Below, piece after piece: positions 17,978-25,206 of a stretch of 32,000 nt of DNA (positions are counted from its first letter, which is position 1; every line of letters begins with the position of its first letter). The notes under the pieces are model-generated. The model was not told the DNA's origin, ran no database searches, and was given only the letters and a program-made list of their open reading frames with translations. The stretch is from Pyrodictium delaneyi (GTDB lineage: Archaea; Thermoproteota; Thermoprotei_A; Sulfolobales; Pyrodictiaceae). The stretch covers positions 1,110,001 to 1,142,000 of the forward strand of contig NZ_CP013011.1 in the NCBI RefSeq assembly GCF_001412615.1. The letters are read 5' to 3'. The position numbers and the translations under genes are program-made.

Positions 17978-18214
17978 CTATTCTAATCCAGCTTTGCGTG
18001 AGAACTCCATTATAGTCATTGTAAGTATCTTGTCGCCCTTTACACGGATTATAACGTCGTTTTCTGTTAATATGGCCTCGTCAGCCTCTTCATTTATATC
18101 TCCAAAGTGTATGTATAGTATATCACTTTGTCTATCGTATTCTAGCCATATTTTTTCGACATCCTCTATACAGAAGCTCTTTCTGCGGATTTCTCCCGAG
18201 TCCTTGTCTTGCAT
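17978..18214 (-). CDS. DUF2283-family small protein
   Basis: 78 aa. 'YDRQSDILYIHFGD...EAILTENDVIIRVKGDKILTMTI' matches the DUF2283 pattern. Confidence 0.6.
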   Translation of the reverse strand: MQDKDSGEIRRKSFCIEDVEKIWLEYDRQSDILYIHFGDINEEADEAILTENDVIIRVKGDKILTMTIMEFSRKAGLE

Positions 18215-18305
18215 GGCTGTTCTCCGCGGCTACAGAGAATCCGGCCGAGGATAATGAAGCTCGCTGCCATGATAGACAATATCGTTGAAGCAAGTTGAAG
18301 CTCGG

Positions 18306-19070
18306 TCAGCATTCCTTCTTGCCCAGATATGCTTCGACTAGATCACGCTCCGTTATAATTGCACGTGCTAATCTCTCTTTGTCAACCAGTAGTAGTGCTC
18401 TCTCCGTTACAGCCAGTATGACATCTGCAGCATCAGATACAAGTGCAGTCTCATACTCCAGCATGGGGGCTGGTACGGAGTATGAAGCTAATGGTTCCAG
18501 AAGGGTTTCCTCAGTAGGACGTCTAGCTATAGTCATAAGTATTGACGACATTGTAGCCATATAGTATTCATCATCGATGCTGAGGGGTAGCCGGCGGAAC
18601 CCTTTTTCATACATTGAACCAAGGGCTTCAATGAGAGGTTCGCTTGGATCGCCCATGACTATGTTGTGTGTTGCGTAGCATCGAGCGGGATCAAACCGCT
18701 CTACAAGTGATACAGCATAGTCTAGCTCTGTATAGGCCGTTACGAGCCGCCCCACTTCATCCACAACAGGTAAGAAGCCTATGTCGCGTTGTAGCATTAT
18801 CTCAGCAGCTTCCTCTGGAGGTATCGTCCTACTTACTACGTAAGGCGGCTTGCTCACTATGTCATGTATACTAGCTTCTAGGGCAGCGCTGAAGTCAAAC
18901 CTTTCCACAGTACCCGCTTCCTCGAATACATCTAATATGTGACGTGCTAGATCTTTTACAGACACTATGCCTACAAGCAGACCTTCATCATTTACTACAG
19001 CGGCGTGACTAATGCCTCGCGTGCCCATGAGACGGATTGCCTTTGCAATAGTAGTTGATGGGTCGAACAT
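18306..19070 (-). CDS. CBS-domain protein (two CBS pairs)
   Basis: 254 aa with four CBS-like repeats: 'ISHAAVVNDEGLLVGIVSVKDL', 'FLPVVDEVGRLVTAYTELD', 'FRRLPLSIDDEYYMATMSSIL', 'ALLLVDKERLARAIITERDL'. Confidence 0.8.
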   Translation of the reverse strand: MFDPSTTIAKAIRLMGTRGISHAAVVNDEGLLVGIVSVKDLARHILDVFEEAGTVERFDFSAALEASIHDIVSKPPYVVSRTIPPEEAAEIMLQRDIGFLPVVDEVGRLVTAYTELDYAVSLVERFDPARCYATHNIVMGDPSEPLIEALGSMYEKGFRRLPLSIDDEYYMATMSSILMTIARRPTEETLLEPLASYSVPAPMLEYETALVSDAADVILAVTERALLLVDKERLARAIITERDLVEAYLGKKEC

Positions 19071-19191
19071 CTCGTAGAAACGTAGTGTCAGGCCGGGTAC
19101 ACCCAGTACCCAGACAAGTATAGCGTGGGGTGATTAGAATCCTTTTTCTTTCAGTTGTCCTATACTTAGATTTAACGGAATCGGGTGAGGC

Positions 19192-19518
19192 GTGATGGAA
19201 GAGGTACTCAAAGCGCATATAACAGAGGGGAAAGGGTACATAGACATACAACTCCATGTCAAGCCAGAGGCAGCGTTCACAGGACTCCGTATGGAGGCTG
19301 GAGAGCTTGTATTCTACACGGAGGAACCGCCGGTAGGAGGCCGCGCTAATGCCAGTATTGTACGCTTCTTCTCGAGGCTCTTCGGTATTTCTCCATCGAT
19401 GGTTGATATAGTCTATGGAGCACGTAGCAGAACTAAACGTATACGCGTCAAGGGCGTAACGCTTGAGCAAGCCATGGAGAAGATTATCGAGGCTCTAAGA
19501 GAGGGTGAGAAGAGCTAG
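19192..19518 (+). CDS. DUF167 (YggU/UPF0235) family protein
   Basis: 108 aa. 'GGRANASIVRFFSRLFGISPSMVDIVYGARSRTKRIRVKG' fits the DUF167 signature. The likely start is the ATG at 19195, after GGTGAGG. Confidence 0.7.
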   Translation: MMEEVLKAHITEGKGYIDIQLHVKPEAAFTGLRMEAGELVFYTEEPPVGGRANASIVRFFSRLFGISPSMVDIVYGARSRTKRIRVKGVTLEQAMEKIIEALREGEKS

Positions 19519-21568
19519 AGCCTATATCCTGCGGTTTTTACCCCGCGTTCTAGCCAGGGGGCTACGCGTTTTGCCAGAGCAGCCGTCGAGGAATGTATAC
19601 GAGTCTGCGCCCCAGCGGGTGCTAAGCCGGGTAGTAGCAAGAGTACTCGAACAGCAAGGGGTTGAACTAGGACCCCGGGAGCGCCAAGAAATAGAGTATA
19701 TCGTCGCGGAGTCGCCGCGCCCAGAGCTGGGGGACTATGGAATACCAGCAGCAAGGTATGCTAAACGCTACGGTATAGATCTGGACATCTTCTTCAAGAA
19801 GGCAACTGCCCTGCTGCAGCAAGAGCCCGTAGTCGCCGAGGCTAAACGGGTAGGCGGCTACCTGAACATAACCATAGACGTGGGCTATGCTGCTAAACTT
19901 GTCTTTGAGGCGGTTCGGGCAGAGGGTTTCGAGTATGGTCGTGTGAAGACAGAGAAACCGGAAAGGATAGTAGTTGAGCATACAAGTGCTAACCCTGTAC
20001 ATCCCCTCCATATAGGCCATGCGAGAAACGCGAGCTTGGGTGATTCCCTGGCTAGACTGCTCCGTGCGCGGGGCCACGTAGTGCAGACACGGTTCTACAT
20101 AAACGACATGGGACGTCAAGTAGCGGTGCTAGCTTATGGCTACATAGCTGCGGGGCTGGACAAGCCGCCTAAGGATGTTAAGCCGGATCACTGGATAGGC
20201 CTAGTCTATGCGATAACACATACTTTGTCGGACATAGAGGAATTGAAGAAGCGGCTCGAGCAGTTGAAGCAGGAGGAGAAGTACGAGGAGTACCGCCAGC
20301 TCCTCCGTGAACTCGACGAGCTGGTGGCAACTGCGTCTAGGCTGCGGGAGCGCGACCCAGAGTTGTTCGAGCGAATAGCAGAGGCTCTAAAGGGTAAGGA
20401 TCCGAGCCAAGAGATATCAAAGCTGATGCAGGTCTACGAATACCGCCAAGATCCGGAGAAAGTGGAGCTCGTCCGCAAAGTGGTCCAACTATGCCTCCAG
20501 GGCTTCCGTGAAACGCTCTCAAGGCTCGGCATAGAGATAGAGAAATGGGACTGGGAAAGCGAGCTAGCGTGGACAAGCATGGTATCCAAGATACTTGAGC
20601 AAGCTCGTAGTAGTCCCTATGCCACAGTACACAAGGGCGCGCTCGCCCTAAACCTGCAGCCCCTCCTACGCGACCCCGTGGTCCGGGAGCGTCTAGGCCT
20701 ACCCGAGGATTACGAGATACCACCCCTAATACTCCAGAGGAGTGATGGCACAACACTATACACCACCAGAGACATAGCATACAGTATCAAGAAGTTCCGA
20801 GAGTTCAACGCCGATCGCGTATTCAATGTAATAGCCGCAGAGCAGAGACTAGAACAGCTACAAGTAAGGCTAGCACTCATAGCGCTCGGATACCGCCGTG
20901 AAGGACTAAACATGATACACTATGCCTACGAGATGGTGAACCTCCCCGGCCAGAAGATGAGCGGCCGGCGAGGACGCTACATAACCCTAGACGAGCTAAT
21001 AGACCAAGCAGTAGCTATAGCCCGCCAAGAGGTAGAGAAGCGGAGCCCGGGCCTACCTGAAGAAGAAAAACAGAAGATAGCTGAGGCTGTAGGCACAGCA
21101 GCTGTACGTTACACTCTAGTATCAGTCTCCGCGCCCAAACCTATGACCTTTAACATCAACGAGGCTCTTAACTTCGAGCGCAACAGTGCCCCTTACATAC
21201 TATACACACATGCTCGTGCAGCTAGCATCCTAGCAAAGGCCCGCGAGCGCGGCATACAGCTAGACTGGGACAGGATAGACTACAGTGCCGCCAACGAGAA
21301 CATGCTCCGCCGTAGCCTGGTAATTCAAGCACTAGTCTACCCCTATGTCTTCGCTAAGGCTGCGGACGAGCAGCGCCCAGAACTAATAGTCGCATATCTA
21401 AACCGTCTAGCAGATATCTTCAACAGATGGTATACAAGTGGCGATAGCGTTGTAAACGAACAAGATCAAGGTAAACAGATGTTCAAGTTAGCATTAGTAT
21501 ACGCAGTCAAACAAATACTAGCAAACGCTCTAGACCTGCTAGGCATAAAAGCAATAGACCGGATGTGA
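19505..21568 (+). CDS. argS: Arginyl-tRNA synthetase
   Basis: Has 'HTSANPVHPLHIGHARNA' (HIGH), 'GQKMSGRRG' and a DALR-type C-terminal domain ending in ...DRM. The longest ORF (GTG at 19505) overlaps DUF167 by 14 nt, so the true start may be a little downstream. Confidence 0.95.
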   Translation: MRRARAYILRFLPRVLARGLRVLPEQPSRNVYESAPQRVLSRVVARVLEQQGVELGPRERQEIEYIVAESPRPELGDYGIPAARYAKRYGIDLDIFFKKATALLQQEPVVAEAKRVGGYLNITIDVGYAAKLVFEAVRAEGFEYGRVKTEKPERIVVEHTSANPVHPLHIGHARNASLGDSLARLLRARGHVVQTRFYINDMGRQVAVLAYGYIAAGLDKPPKDVKPDHWIGLVYAITHTLSDIEELKKRLEQLKQEEKYEEYRQLLRELDELVATASRLRERDPELFERIAEALKGKDPSQEISKLMQVYEYRQDPEKVELVRKVVQLCLQGFRETLSRLGIEIEKWDWESELAWTSMVSKILEQARSSPYATVHKGALALNLQPLLRDPVVRERLGLPEDYEIPPLILQRSDGTTLYTTRDIAYSIKKFREFNADRVFNVIAAEQRLEQLQVRLALIALGYRREGLNMIHYAYEMVNLPGQKMSGRRGRYITLDELIDQAVAIARQEVEKRSPGLPEEEKQKIAEAVGTAAVRYTLVSVSAPKPMTFNINEALNFERNSAPYILYTHARAASILAKARERGIQLDWDRIDYSAANENMLRRSLVIQALVYPYVFAKAADEQRPELIVAYLNRLADIFNRWYTSGDSVVNEQDQGKQMFKLALVYAVKQILANALDLLGIKAIDRM

Positions 21569-21606
21569 TAAAGCAATCTAAACGGCTAACCCCGGCCGAG
21601 AAAGGC

Positions 21607-21684
21607 GGGCCCGTAGCCTAGCCAGGATAGGGCGCCGGCCTTCGGAGCCGGTGGTCCGGGGTTCAAATCCCCGCGGGCCCGCCA
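21607..21684 (+). tRNA. tRNA-Arg (anticodon UCG), CCA encoded
   Basis: I folded the cloverleaf by hand. The acceptor stem is GGGCCCG/CGGGCCC and the D stem is GCCT/GGGC. The anticodon stem is CCGGC/GCCGG with loop CTTCGGA, giving anticodon TCG. The variable loop is TGGTC, and the T arm is CGGGG-TTCAAAT-CCCCG. The discriminator is G, followed by CCA. No intron. Confidence 0.9.
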
Positions 21685-21880
21685 TGGCTACACATCTTCC
21701 CACAGATGGTTCTGCTCGGCATTGATTCTTCTCTTACAGATATCCGCGCATGGTTTTCGGGATAGTGTATAAGCTCTTGTTTCAGAGTTTTTGAAGATTA
21801 CACGGAAATTAGATCCTTAGCGTGCTGAAGGCCCGAAGATTTGTGGCACAGTACTAATTTATCATATGCGAGGGGCTGTG

Positions 21881-21887
21881 TTTAAAA
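21881..21887 (+). promoter_or_regulatory. Candidate TATA box (TTTAAAA) for the cytochrome gene
   Basis: TTTAAAA lies 41-47 nt upstream of the ATG at 21928. A GGTGAG Shine-Dalgarno-like element sits between them. Position-based guess only. Confidence 0.25.
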
Positions 21888-21927
21888 TTGGTAAATCAAG
21901 CAGAACGAGAAATGGTGAGACCTTACC

Positions 21928-22614
21928 ATGAAGCGGTTTCTACCTCTAGTTAGTGTATTTGCCCTTATAGTAGTAGGTATAGCGGCACTGCATGCCAGTT
22001 CAATGAGCAATGGTGCACCGCAGCTAAATTGTATTCAGTGCCACGTTGGTGCTGACAAGAACCCAGCTGATTTTGTCGTCGAAGGACTCCCCGACAAGTA
22101 TGAGCCCGGCAAGACATACAAGATAACAATCAAGATAACGAAAGGGCCTGACTGTAGTGGTGGAGTAGCATGTGGCGGTTTTGCGGTGCAAGTGAATGCT
22201 GGCGAGCTCATAGTAACTGATGACAAGAATACATTCATATCTACAACACCTACTGGTGAAAAGCTGCTAACTCATACAAAGGACGGCTCTATGAAACGTG
22301 AATGGTCATTTGAATGGAAGGCTCCTGATACGGCAGAGCCAGTAACGTTCAAGATAGCCGTGATAGCGGCTAACGGAGACGGCAGTTTCAACGGTGATGC
22401 ATACGCAGCTAAGGAGGTAACTGTTGAGCCTGCAGGAGGCCAGGCAGCGCCAACAACTACAACTAAGATAGTTACGGAAACAACGACAACTACAATGGTA
22501 ACTACAACACCGGTTGGTACTACTACCGAGCATAACACAACACTAGCGATTGGCATAGCTATAGTAGTGTTCATCATTGTGGTTGGTGGCTATATACTAC
22601 TGACAAGAAAGTAG
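21928..22614 (+). CDS. Exported monohaem c-type cytochrome-like protein: beta-rich domain, Thr-rich stalk and C-terminal membrane anchor
   Basis: 228 aa with an N-terminal signal peptide ('LPLVSVFALIVVGIAALHA'). The single haem-c motif 'CIQCH' is at nt 22030-22044. A beta-rich region follows ('GGFAVQVNAGEL', 'WSFEWKAP', 'AANGDGSFNGD'). The Thr-rich stretch spans 22453-22543, then a TM helix 'LAIGIAIVVFIIVVGGYILL' and 'TRK'. Confidence 0.65.
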   Translation: MKRFLPLVSVFALIVVGIAALHASSMSNGAPQLNCIQCHVGADKNPADFVVEGLPDKYEPGKTYKITIKITKGPDCSGGVACGGFAVQVNAGELIVTDDKNTFISTTPTGEKLLTHTKDGSMKREWSFEWKAPDTAEPVTFKIAVIAANGDGSFNGDAYAAKEVTVEPAGGQAAPTTTTKIVTETTTTTMVTTTPVGTTTEHNTTLAIGIAIVVFIIVVGGYILLTRK

Positions 22615-22655
22615 AGGAATTAAAACTAGCTATTACTGAGCTTGTCATGTTACTA

Positions 22656-22680
22656 TTTTTACTTGGGAATCAATGTTTTT
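22656..22680 (+). terminator. Oligo-T tracts downstream of the cytochrome gene (archaeal terminator candidates)
   Basis: T5 runs at 22656-22660 and 22676-22680, 40-65 nt after the stop codon. Confidence 0.3.
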
Positions 22681-22806
22681 GTAAAATGCAAATAATACTA
22701 GCTTCAGTCAAGTCGTCAGGGTTATTCTGTTAGGTTAAAGTTATGATTGGTACTATACTATTTTATAATACGATGATGATGGGGGCTTAAAATAATCCTA
22801 AGTTTA

Positions 22807-23856
22807 ATGTTAGGGTGGAGGAAGATCTTGCCGAATGGTAAGAACGATAATGCTGTTGAGATAGTTTGTACGGGTGGACTAGTGTCGGAGAAATGTACAA
22901 GAAGAGTTGAGGTTCAGCTAAGTGAGACAAGTAATGTGATAAACTTAATTGAGAATATTTGGGCGGACGAACCGTCTAAACCAATATTACTTGTGGTTAC
23001 TGCATTTAGCGGTTTTGGAAAGCTTATAAAGGAAATCAGCGAATCGGGAAGCAATCCGTTCCTTATCGAGGCTACTGGGATACCAGAAACTATGTTGTCC
23101 GGCTTACCGCTTGATACTGTAATTGAGTATTGGGCTGGCATGCTTACCGCGACTCTTACTGAGAGGAAAGGCGCAAAGCGGAGAAGCCCACGCGTCTCAC
23201 GTCGTGAAGTCTTGCGTCGACTTTTCCTGATACCTCCTAAATATGTTATGTTGCCTCGATTGCGTTCTGTGGCAGTAAATTGTAGGCGGGACGATGTGTG
23301 TCCATTCTCAGCTCTAGAAGCAGGCAGGTTTGATGAAGACAAATGCCAGGGCTGTATGTTATGTGCTTGGACGTGCCCGGAGGCCGTTGAGGCTCCTCTT
23401 TGGACAGGTCCTTTAGGCCTCCTCTATGCCTACAGATTTATTGATAAATACGGGCTTGATGGTATCCTATTCATATGTCATCATAAGCTCGAACAGTTAG
23501 ACAAATCGGCGGTAGAAGCTAGCCCAGCACGGCTACTCGCATTTCATGTGCCGTGTGTTAGTTGGCTTAGTCCCAGGCTGCTCGAGTCTCTAGTGAGTCT
23601 TGGCATCTACGTACAAGTGTATGCCGACAAAAATGTATGTGAAGAGTGTGGCTTGAAGCCTGCTGGGTTCAAGGCTATTGACATGCTTCGGGTTAATGGT
23701 GTTCATGTTAGTGAAAACTTAGCTGAGGCTGGTGCTGCAGCACTTACAGGATATATAAGACCTAAGAAGAGCCTTGAGGAAGTAATCGAACTAATGACAA
23801 AATCTCTCTACTCTGCTACATCATCGGAGAGTGCGACGAATCGAATTTCGTCGTGA
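22807..23856 (+). CDS. Fe-S protein: internal twin-arginine-like motif, ferredoxin-type Cys motif and an MvhD/FlpD-like C-terminal region
   Basis: 349 aa. 'RRSPRVSRREVLRRLF' is at nt 23179-23226. It is followed by 'NCRRDDVCPF' and a canonical 'CQGCMLCAWTCPE' (23344-23382). 'ILFICHH...RLLAFHVPCVSWLSPRLLESLVSLGIYVQVYADKNVCEEC' loosely follows the MvhD pattern. The N-terminal ~120 aa are unassigned. Confidence 0.55.
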   Translation: MLGWRKILPNGKNDNAVEIVCTGGLVSEKCTRRVEVQLSETSNVINLIENIWADEPSKPILLVVTAFSGFGKLIKEISESGSNPFLIEATGIPETMLSGLPLDTVIEYWAGMLTATLTERKGAKRRSPRVSRREVLRRLFLIPPKYVMLPRLRSVAVNCRRDDVCPFSALEAGRFDEDKCQGCMLCAWTCPEAVEAPLWTGPLGLLYAYRFIDKYGLDGILFICHHKLEQLDKSAVEASPARLLAFHVPCVSWLSPRLLESLVSLGIYVQVYADKNVCEECGLKPAGFKAIDMLRVNGVHVSENLAEAGAAALTGYIRPKKSLEEVIELMTKSLYSATSSESATNRISS

Positions 23857-24781
23857 TACGTATTTCTTCTAGACCTATCTCTCTGAGTGGAAGCAGTTTT
23901 GAGGCTTTACCGACGGCTAGTACACAGTCTTTAACGGGTTCTCCATGGCTACCTTCTTTACAATATACTATGAGTTCTCTGTCTCGTCGGTCAACATGGA
24001 TTATCTGAGGTTCGCCGGGGCCTAAGGTTTCGATCAGAGCTAACATACGTGAGTATTCGTGTTCCATGTTGTTAGCGTAGTCCTGGAGTATGTCTATAGC
24101 TTCTTTGCTATCATCTCCGAGGAGTGTAACTAGATTATCTCTACCTATTGCACTGAGCCTTTTCTCCAACAGCTCCCTTGGAGATCCAGGTCCCTCTACG
24201 AGAAAATGCAGGAGAGCAGCCAGTACTACTTCTTTGTTCGCGCCTAAGTGTGCTAGCCATGATACAGTCTCGCCGTAATGTAATCTGCCGTGACCATATT
24301 CATAGTTTGATGCAAGCGCTATTATCGGTGATAGTTTAGAGGCTCCTCTGGTTACTTGGAGTGACGCATAAAGACCGGTTAATCCTATTAAACCTTGTAT
24401 TGAAGGTCTTAGCTTATTCTTATTATGGTATAGCTGCTCTAATACATTGGTAGCCTCCTTTAGGGCTTCAAGTGGCTTCTTCATGTTGCGATAGACCAAG
24501 TGTGAAGCTAGCGCTAAGAGGCACTGGCTAGGGTTCTTACCACAAACAATTATTGACGGGTCTGAGTCAAGTAGTACAGCTGCTGTATAGAGGCCTACAA
24601 GGTCAGCTCTTTCAGTTATTATGCTCTCCGCGGCGACATCATAGCCTAGAAACACATAGTCCCCATATATGTCTGCATAAAATTCGTCAAATAGTAATAT
24701 TCTTCTACCAGGTTCAAGTATCTCGTCAAGGCCAGGCCCTACTATGAGTATATGATTGTTGTAGTGTGTTGTTCTAGGCAT
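23816..24781 (-). CDS. Hypothetical protein
   Basis: 321 aa with an ATG start. It is divergent from the napA-like gene (200-nt spacer), and its 3' end overlaps the Fe-S gene by 41 nt. No family recognised. 'IIVCGKNPSQC' resembles a phosphatase P-loop but lacks the Arg. Confidence 0.5.
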   Translation of the reverse strand: MPRTTHYNNHILIVGPGLDEILEPGRRILLFDEFYADIYGDYVFLGYDVAAESIITERADLVGLYTAAVLLDSDPSIIVCGKNPSQCLLALASHLVYRNMKKPLEALKEATNVLEQLYHNKNKLRPSIQGLIGLTGLYASLQVTRGASKLSPIIALASNYEYGHGRLHYGETVSWLAHLGANKEVVLAALLHFLVEGPGSPRELLEKRLSAIGRDNLVTLLGDDSKEAIDILQDYANNMEHEYSRMLALIETLGPGEPQIIHVDRRDRELIVYCKEGSHGEPVKDCVLAVGKASKLLPLREIGLEEIRITTKFDSSHSPMM

Positions 24782-24981
24782 TCCGACCTATACCCCACTA
24801 CGGTGTAATGCTAATTCCAGCCGATTAATGACAGCACGTTGTTATCCCCCTTATACTCTGGAGGCCCGAAACAATATGGGTGACCACTAAAATATTGGTT
24901 TGAATGTGCAGATTCCTATGGAGTCCTGAAGGGGTGTCTTTCTAGCGGCCCTTTCCACAAACTGCTAAGGGGGTTTGTATA

Positions 24982-25206
24982 TTGCCGGATGAGACTCGCA
25001 GGGATGTGCTCAAAGCTATAGCCCTTGGTGCAGCACTAGCTGCTGTAGGTGGAGCAGTCACCTATTATGGTACTGGCAGGGAGAAGACAATATACGAAAC
25101 TGTGACTAAGACACTCACAGAAACGTTGACGAAGACAGTAACCGAGACTGTAGCACCCGCCGAAACTACAACAAAGGCGGAAGAGACTAAGACAGCTAAA
25201 CCCAAG
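24982..25206 (+). other. Twin-arginine signal / possible signal-anchor plus a Thr/Glu/Lys-rich linker of the NapA-like protein
   Basis: 'MPDETRRDVLKAIALGAALAAVGGAVTYYG' is followed by 'TIYETVTKTLTETLTKTVTETVAPAETTTKAEETKTAKPK' (nt 25087-25206). Only then does the first Fe-S Cys appear (C84, nt 25231). Confidence 0.6.

Noticed and set aside
19009-20780. Minus-strand ORFs of 79-153 aa across the CBS / DUF167 / argS region.
   Set aside because: They overlap well-supported genes on the other strand or bridge a divergent promoter region. No motifs were found.
21685-21927. An integrase fragment or att direct repeat marking an integrated element at tRNA-Arg.
   Set aside because: There is no ORF in the 243-nt spacer. 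I saw no copy of the tRNA 3' half (GGTTCAAATCCCCGCGGGCCC) elsewhere in the window, and no integrase-like protein in the block. Acquisition remains only a compositional inference.
22771-22781. 'CGATGATGATGG', a C-box-like sequence upstream of the Fe-S gene.
   Set aside because: No CUGA D box or second box set within the following ~70 nt. It sits next to a TTTTATAAT promoter-like element.
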